A stretch of 64,000 bases of DNA from Octopus vulgaris. Its lineage: Eukaryota. The DNA is taken from the NCBI GenBank assembly GCA_951406725.2, contig OX597815.1, forward strand, positions 13,392,001 through 13,456,000, given 5' to 3'. Numbering within the stretch: the stretch's first letter is position 1; every line of letters starts with the position of its first letter. A program made the position numbers and the translations under genes. Below, piece after piece: positions 55,161-64,000 of this stretch. The notes beneath the pieces were generated by a model. That model was given only the letters and a program-made list of their open reading frames with translations. It was not told the DNA's origin and did no database searches.

Positions 55161-56231
55161 TCTATGTAAGAATACCTCTTTGTAAGAATACCGCTATGTA
55201 AGAATACATCTTTGTAAGAATATCTCTATGTAAGAATACCTCTTTGTAAGAATACCTCTTTGTAAGAATACCTCTATATAAGAATACCTCTATGTAAGAA
55301 TACATCTATGTAAGAATACCTCTATGTAAGAATACCTCTTTGTAAGAATACCTCTTTGTAAGAATATTTCTATGTAAGAATACCTCTTTGTAAGAATACC
55401 TCTATGTAAGAATACCTCTTTGTAAGAATATCTCTATGTAAGAATACCTCTATGTAAGAATACCTCTATATAAGAATACCTCTATGTAAGAATACCGCTA
55501 TGTAAGAATACCTCTTTGTAAGAATACCTCTATGTAAGAATACCTCTTTGTAAGAATACCTCTATGTAAGAATACCTCTTTGTAAGAATACCTCTATGTA
55601 AGAATACCTCTATGTAAGAATACCTCTATGTAAGAATACCTCTTTGTAAGAATACCTCTATGTAAGAATACCTCTTTGTAAGAATACCTCTATGTAAGAA
55701 TACCTCTATGTAAGAATACCTCTATGTAAGAATACCTCTTTGTAAGAATACCCCTTTGTAAGAATACCTCTATGTAAGAATACCTCTCTTTGTAAGAATA
55801 CCTCTATGTAAGAATACCTCTATGTAAGAATACCTCTATGTAAGAATACCTCTATGTAAGAATACCTCTATGTAAGAATACCTCTATGTAAGAATACCTC
55901 TATGTAAGAATACCTCTATGTAAGAATACCTCTATGTAAGAATACCTCTTTGTAAGAATACCTCTATGTAAGAATACCTCTATGTAAGAATACCTCTATG
56001 TAAGAATACCTCTATGTAAGAATACCTCTTTGTAAGAATACCTCTTTGTAAGAATACCTCTTTGTAAGAATACCTCTTTGTAAGAATACCTCTACGTAAG
56101 AATACCTCTTTGTAAGAATACCTCTATGTAAGAATACCTCTATGTAAGAATACCTCTTTTTAAGAATACCTCTATGTAAGAATACCTCTTTGTAAGAATA
56201 CCTCTATGTAAGAATACCTCTATGTAAGAAT
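55161..56231. repeat. 16-bp minisatellite (GTAAGAATACCTCTWT)n, about 67 copies
   Basis: Direct tandem units, no spacers. Confidence 0.97.
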
Positions 56232-56864
56232 GTCGTATAACAGATAGCAGTCAAGTATACATACACAAAATCAAATACTCTACATACACATACACGCACT
56301 CATACATCTGTGTATCACTTAACTGTAGTTTCACTGCCTCCTCATATTCTGCAATTCCTTATCGTATCCGCTCCATGACAGTTTTGTAGGCCTTTATTGA
56401 TGATGTGGTCAGATACCTCATCTAAAATTCGTTCTATCCCATATTGAGGGTTTACTTTTACAGAGAATGCCATGTTTTATTTAGAGTTGTTGTTTTTACC
56501 TATTACCGACTTCTCATTTATTCAGTCTATTCCGATATTGACATCACAAGTTTGGTTTTGTTTTGTTTTATTCTTTACCACATTCTCTTCGCATCACATT
56601 CTCTGTGCCCACTTAGCATCATTTTCTATGTTTTGAACAATTTGGTATTACTTCTCTATTCAAATCAGAACTGACTGCTGCCTCAGCAACTGTTGATATT
56701 TGTTGGTTTCTTTGAAACTAAAAGATATCAGTCTTTCTTCATTCGTGTTTTGCAGATATTCGTATTAATTTTGACTAATTCTTTATTAGATATTACTGTT
56801 GCCAAGATGTCTTATAACCATTTCTAATGGCAGAAGAACGATACAGTCCATTATTAAAGGTCTA

Positions 56865-57395
<531 letters not shown>

Positions 57396-57780
57396 TTGTG
57401 CCGGTGTTTCTTTCATGTGTTTTAAAATCACTCAATACTGTTCTTTATATCTAGTCTTGTTCATTTCCTTACGCTCCAGTTCAGAATATAACTATATGGA
57501 CTGTTAGAATATCGTCACCAATTACGTTACTGTTTGCACTTAGCTCTTTTTTATTATGTATGAACAGAGTGCTTAAATGACGTGATATTCTTTTTAACCC
57601 TCTTCTTTTGCTGTGTTGTAAATTGTGTATACAGTTATTTGTTAAGTACATCTAAGTATGTACTTTCTTCAACTCTTTCATCTTTGTTTCCCTTTATATA
57701 ACATTGGGACCGATTATATATTAATTTTCGCTTTCTCGGAGGTCACTAGATGCATTGTTCTATAACTTGTATTAATTTAC

Positions 57781-57839
<59 letters not shown>

Positions 57840-59599
57840 GTGTGTGTGTGTGTGTATGTACACCCATTGTAACTATTATCAATTGTTAATCATGCTTAGC
57901 GTATATCTCAATGTAAAGGATAAAAAAGAAACGATTCATACACGTATTTCTATGGCACTGGTCTTAGCATGTTGATAAAAATTTTATCTTCAGGTTTGGG
58001 ACTATATCTCCATCAACAAGGTTTTAGTTCTCTGATAGCAGTTATTGACCAGTATATTGCTACTTCTGTACCAACCCCCATGCTATACACAGCGAATAAG
58101 TGCTGTCAAAATATAAGTAGCAACTTCGAAGGAAACTGATTTGTGCAAGAAACGTAATAAGTCATACTTGCAATATGGTGTTGAAATTTACTGGAGAATT
58201 GGGGAGCCTTCATGAATTTAAGTCCCTTTGGTGGTAAGGGATGATCATCTAGAACTGGGTTTACAGTTTTGCCACCTACTTTTCCTATAGCCCACAGCCA
58301 TATAACTCTCAAATGTTGATAATCCCTGGCATTCTACGATTCAGATATTCTGCTGGAGATTTGGCCAAGCCTCATACTTTGATTTCACCCAGCGATTGAC
58401 GTCACAGAATACCACGCTCGTGTATTCTTTTCTTCTTATAATTTTTTTAGTGGTTTAAATCATAATACTGCTGGCGTACCACTTAAAATTTTTACTCTTG
58501 GATTTGATGTCGCCTTATGGCAGGAATTTTGGTCTATGTTTGATTTTGTAACAGCTGATCTTCCCTGAGTGCATCCGTTAATATTTCGCTCGTCCTGGAT
58601 TATCGTTAGAAGTTTTAATCTGTGATACTATGATCAATCACGTGAAACGCCTTAGCAAATAAGATTATATGCAGACTTTGTCCTTTCTTCTCAAGAGATT
58701 ATTGAGAATAGTCTTATGACAGAAAAGTGTCCGAAAACTATCCTATATGCTCGTAAGCGATCTTGCTACTTAGATGACCCCAGGTCACATATTTATAAAA
58801 CCTACTTTAAGAAACGCCATGCTGGCCAGCAAGTAAGGAAAGGAAAAAATGAAGTGTCACTTACCCTCATGGTAACTGTCTGTTTTGTTGGGTTCTTTTG
58901 GGAACTCCCTTAAAAGCCATCTACTCGCCGTTACACTGGGAGATTCAATGTCATATGGATAGATCCGCTTAATGCTCGTATGAGTTTCTAATGTCATTCG
59001 CACCATCATTGGGCTCTACAGTACTATAAAAGTATTGGGGCTGCATATCACCCTTGTTTCAATGTTCTCGTTTTGTGTAATGAGAGCCATCAGCTTTTCA
59101 TTGGCCCGCCTCACCTGCACGAAATACCGCTGCTGGGCAGATACATGTTGTTGCTGTTGTAGTAACATTTTTCGTTTTAAAGGTTGTTGTATTCTTGATT
59201 CTGTTGTGGGTGTTTGTGATGGTGTTGTTGATTGTGGTGATTGTTATGTTGATGTCGTCATCAATTTGTCGGTTCTTGAATTTTTCCCTTTGTTTCTCTC
59301 TATTTTTTGGTTTCCTTTGCCTTTTCGGCTTCCTCCTTCTCATCACTTGGATGCCTGAAGGAATCCGTGTCTTGTATGTTTTCTTCTGGTGTTGTTTGCC
59401 CTGGTTCTCTTGTAGTTGTTGTTGTTGCACCTGATAGTGTAGCTTCCACCACTACTGCTGGTGCTATTGCAACTGCCATCAGTGTAACACCTGCCAGTTT
59501 TGTTACCTTGGGTTCAATTTCTATTTCTATTCCCCTGCCTTTAAGCTGTAGTACTGTTATTGCTTGCTTCTCGCTTAGAGATTTAAAACTAATTGTTTT

Positions 59600-60700
59600 C
59601 CTCTTTATGTCATTTTAAAAGAATATACTTCGAGCATCTTCCATCTGTAGATCTTGTTCTTGTTTCTTGTTCTTGTTGATTTTATCGACTCATGGGTTGT
59701 GATGCTTTCGTTTGGACATTTCTTTCTCCCCTTCTCTTTTTGTTCTGTGGGCAAAAAAAAAAACTGTAAGTGGGCTGTTGAGCCACCACAATTGTGGCAC
59801 TTCAGCCTTCGGACCTCCATGTTCACCCTTACTTCTACTCCATTCGAGAAGGAAACCAGGTCTGGGACTTTCATTATTCTTGTATCACGTGGAGTAGAAA
59901 CTCCAAGATAGTCCCAACTGAATTCTCTCTCCCCGAACTTTAAACATTCAGGAGAAGCCACCATAAATCCAGTTCTAGTGGGACACCAAGTACCGTAATT
60001 CGTATCCTATCTCTTCCCATGTACGTTGGGAAGAGGGCAATTTCCTCGGAGTGACGCGTGGTCACCGAGCTCTGTATCACCTTCACTTTGGTTTTAAAAA
60101 GCCTTCTGCCCCGCCGTATGCGCCGCTCTGACAATGTGCTGGATATCCTGCCATATCTTTATATATAAAAGTGAAGTTGTGTGAGTGTCAGTCTCCTACG
60201 ATTTAGATTCCTAACTACTCCCACATTTTGCGGTGCAGTTTAACCAAAACCGGGTGTCTTATAGTCGTGATTCATATCGAGCCCTTCTGGGTATTAGCGC
60301 GAGTCTACGATGAGTCTACGATTTAAAACAAAAAATTACCATCACTTTTTTCCATTTTAATGCAATTTTTTCGCTATTATATAAGGGAAGTAACTCTCTA
60401 AAAATGTCTACGATGAGTCAACGATTAAAAAAAAAAATTACCATCATTTTTTTTCTATTTTTTGCTATTTTTTGGCTATAACTGTCTAAAAATGCTTGTA
60501 TAGTTATTTCCCTTACAAACCCGAGCAACGCCGGGCGATACTGCGTTTTCGAGTGTCCTTGACTTTGTGCTCACGAAAATGTAGACAACAGTCCGTTTGG
60601 AAGTTGCTTCAAACACATCACTAGGGGGCGACACTTCTGCCCTCTTTCCATTCATTTTCATATAGTTTACTTCCTTCTTTAGTCTTTCTATTTTCTTCTC
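59600..60700 (-). mobile_element. Degraded gag/ORF1-like region with a zinc knuckle, interrupted by a Helitron
   Basis: RIRITVLGVPLEL and VRVNMEVRRLKCHNCGGSTAHL (CCHC-like); frameshifted. Confidence 0.4.
60156..60544 (+). mobile_element. Non-autonomous Helitron, second copy (terminal TAG missing)
   Basis: A|TCTTTATATATAAAAG start, same body and subterminal hairpin; ends GATACTGC. Confidence 0.82.
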
Positions 60701-60887
60701 TAATTCCTTAGCTGCCGCGATATTTGCAAAAATGATTTTTCCCGCTACTTATTCCATTTTTGTTCGATTCTTTGGTAATTGTTGTCAATGTTGTTCTTCG
60801 CGCTACTACAATTTCCATGGAAGACTTTATTTTTCTTCCCCTCGCCTTCATTCTGTTTTGCAACTTCTTTCTTCTTTTCTTGACTCT

Positions 60888-61320
60888 TTACTTCTTCTTC
60901 TTCTCCTTCTTCTTCTTCTTCTTCTTCTTCTTCTTCTTCTTCTTCTTCTTCTCCTTCTCCTTCTTCTTATTCTTCCTCTCCTTCTTCTTCTTCTTCTTCT
61001 TCTTCTTCTTCTTCTTCTCCTTCTTCTTCTTCTTCTTCTTTTTCTCCTTCTTCTTCTTCTTCTTCTTCTCTTCTTCTTCTTCTTCTTCTTCTTCTTCTTC
61101 TTCTTCTTCTTCTTCTTCTTCTTCTCATTCTTCTCCTTCTTCTTCTTCTTCTTCTTCTTCTTCTCCTTCTTCTTCTTCTTCTTCTTCTTCTTCTACTTCT
61201 TCTTCTTCTTCTCATTCTTCTTCTTCTTCTTCTTCTTCTTCTTCTTCTTCTTCTTCTTCTTCTTCTTCTTCTTCTTCTTCTTCTTCTTCTTCTCCTTCTC
61301 CTCCTTCTTCTTCTTCTCCT
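60888..61320. repeat. (TTC)n microsatellite
   Basis: Direct reading. Confidence 0.95.
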
Positions 61321-61601
61321 TTTCTGCCTTATTTTTTTTCTTTCTTCAAAGCAACTTTTCGAAGAAATTAAAATAAAAACGTTCGTATCTCCCCCAAACT
61401 GGGGGTGGCTCTTTTGATATACACAATAAGGGTAACATAATTCGTAGACAATGTAGTATGCGGTAAGAAGCACGTTAAATAATGGTACTCGGTATACATA
61501 CCAAGGTGTAGTAGTGCTGGTGTACATGACATGCTGCAGACAGTATATACATAGTGTATCTTTCCAGATCCAGAAATACATAGCCGTCTGTGGCTAGTGG
61601 G

Positions 61602-61664
<63 letters not shown>

Positions 61665-61700
61665 TGTATATATGTATGTATGTATATATAAATATATATA

Positions 61701-61770
<70 letters not shown>

Positions 61771-61771
61771 C

Positions 61772-62224
61772 ATATGAATAAATAAATGGAGTTTAACGCA
61801 GGTGTAAATCAGATATTTTTACTTTCGGCACATGTTTCGAAAATTCCACTGATACTATTCAAAAGAATAAATGTTATAAACAAGTAGTCTCTATCATTAT
61901 ATATAATTTAAACTTTAATTTCCTTTATATTTAACATTCACTATTAATATCCCTACTCTTTCTGTTAGCTACTTATGACGTTATATCATATAACGTCTTT
62001 TTAAACGATATTAATAGCGTTCTGTCTATCGCTACACAAATCCTCATTTTTTGCTAAAACGTCTTATTGACGAGTTTCGTTTTTTTCACTTTCCCGTAGA
62101 GAAGATTGCATTGTTTATACCATTTATTCATTTGAATAGTATCAGTGGAATTTTCGAAACATGTGTCAAAAGTAAAAAATATTTGATTTACACCTGCGTT
62201 AAACTCCATTTATTTATTCATATA
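61772..62224. repeat. Inverted repeat (~110-bp arms, ~225-bp spacer)
   Basis: 61772-61883 versus 62111-62224; follows (TA)n; GAAAC-ATGT-GTC at 62156-62167. Confidence 0.8.
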
Positions 62225-62397
62225 TTATTCAAAATATTCCACGTAAACACGAAGTTTCTACCTTTATAAACAAGAAGTTACCATATCTTTACTTGTGAGT
62301 TCTTTGCTACCCTGGTAACTATTTATTATTTTTTTTCCGTGTTAATTGTTAACAAGGTAAAAATACACTCATCTACTTATATATATATATATACATA

Positions 62398-62650
62398 TAA
62401 AATAATAAATGTTAGGGAATAAATCCAAATTTACAGGGAAAAAAATCAGATTTAGGATTAAATCCAATTTTATAGTAAAATATTATAAAATATTATTAGA
62501 GACAAAACCACTATTTTGCAAAACAAACAAGGAAAGACTTAATCAATACATAAAATTTTAATAAATAGTCAAAAAAACCGCCACTACAATTGTTTCTTAT
62601 CTTGATCGACAATCTTCAGGTGGACTTCCAATAAGTCAGTTTCAAATTAT
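62398..62650 (-). mobile_element. Family D HHR-bearing short element
   Basis: Reverse complement matches about 48440-48672; (TA)n on both sides. Confidence 0.75.
62581..62623 (-). ncRNA. Hammerhead ribozyme, diverged family D copy
   Basis: CCAC-CTGAAGA-TTGTC gatcaa GATAA-GAAAC aatt GTA-GTGG on the minus strand. Confidence 0.82.
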
Positions 62651-62808
62651 ATATATATATATATATCTTCCTACATGTCACCTATTCTGTCTTCCTCTCA
62701 CACTCTCAGTGCGCGGTGATCCCTTATGAGATTTAAACTCATAAAATATTATTATCATAACTTACAGAAGTGTAAAATTGACACAGCTTAACACATATTC
62801 GCTTGTAT

Positions 62809-62891
<83 letters not shown>

Positions 62892-63235
62892 CATATATAT
62901 ATATACACGTGTGTGTGTGTGTATACTATAAGTTCGTTTACGGGAAATGTTTTTCCGTGTGCATATATAAACCCCTATTTTCATTATATCGGTTAAGAGC
63001 AGTTTTATGGGATTGTGCCGAAGTGTGCTGGTATAATGTAGGATAAAAAGAAGAATAATGATAGTAAAAATCAATGGATAAAATATAAATATTTTGAACA
63101 AAATTTGAACGCTTTCACTGATGCTTTATAATATTTATGGATTCTATCCATATATTATTGTTATTTTTATTATTATTATTATTATTATTATCATTATTAT
63201 TATTAATATTATTATTATTATTATTATTATTATTT

Positions 63236-63785
63236 TTCAGTAGTTTTATTTTTATAGCGTGCTTTCACTTCACTACCGAGCGCAGCTCTGTGTGCCTTGG
63301 GTATGTGCTGTGATTTGTTGTGATGCTCTGATGGTTATTGTATGGAAAGTGTTCTGCGTAGGATGTGTGCAGTGCCTAGTAGTGCAATTTTCTGTATGTT
63401 ATATGTGTTTGTAAGTCCTGGTGTTTTTGTTATGTATTTGTCTGAATATTTTTTTATCATGTCTAATGCACCTACTATGATAGGAATTGTTTCTGTTTTT
63501 AGATTCCACATTCTGGTTACCTCTATTTCCAGGTCTTTGTATTTTGAGAGTTTCTCCATTTCTTTTAGAAACACGTTGTCATCTGCCGGTATTGATACAT
63601 CAATTAGAAAGCATTTTTTTCTTCATGATCTCTGACAACTATATCTGGTCTGTTGGCCTTAATTTCTCTATCTGTGTGTATCGGCATACCCCAGAGTATG
63701 GTTGCTTTCTCGTTTTCTGTGACCTTTTCTGGTGTGTGCCTATGCCATCTTTTTTCTGTTGTTATTCCATAATGTTATTCCATAA
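63236..63785 (-). mobile_element. R4/Dong-clade 3' fragment, second copy
   Basis: HYGITTEKRWHRHTPEKV..ILWGMPIHTDREIKANRPDIVV..IDVSIP..KYKDL..ILRRTLSIQ*; same 3' UTR; inside (TTA)n. Confidence 0.87.
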
Positions 63786-63854
<69 letters not shown>

Positions 63855-63914
63855 TACTACTATTATTATTATTATTATTATTATTACTATTATTATTTTT
63901 ATTATTACTATTAA

Positions 63915-63950
<36 letters not shown>

Positions 63951-63951
63951 T

Positions 63952-64000
<49 letters not shown>
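63786..64000. repeat. (TTA)n/(AAT)n microsatellite
   Basis: Direct reading. Confidence 0.95.

Noticed and set aside
55161-56231. CRISPR-like array
   Set aside because: Units are contiguous with no unique spacers, there are no cas genes, and the context is eukaryotic.

Overview
AT-rich, repeat-dense eukaryotic non-coding DNA. The SINE and microsatellite content suggests a coleoid cephalopod such as Octopus (inference only). I found no convincing host exon; nearly all supplied ORFs are microsatellite or repeat artefacts. Recognisable content: a 5'-truncated, frameshifted Penelope-like retroelement (PLE; RT + GIY-YIG, Neptune-type) at 48731-51371; two R4/Dong-type 3' fragments in (AAT)n tracts; several RTE LINE remnants; three tRNA-derived SINE families; Tc1/mariner relics; two non-autonomous Helitrons; a 16-bp minisatellite. 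The main hidden signal is a set of short elements next to (TA)n or other simple repeats that carry minimal type I hammerhead ribozymes (HHRs), from at least six unrelated sequence families. Several are fold-back palindromes whose axis lies at or inside the ribozyme, two use a U3-A8 core variant, and one family shows stem covariation. Four of them are stacked directly upstream of the PLE, whose own 3' end carries such a ribozyme. All coordinates and folds were read by eye.
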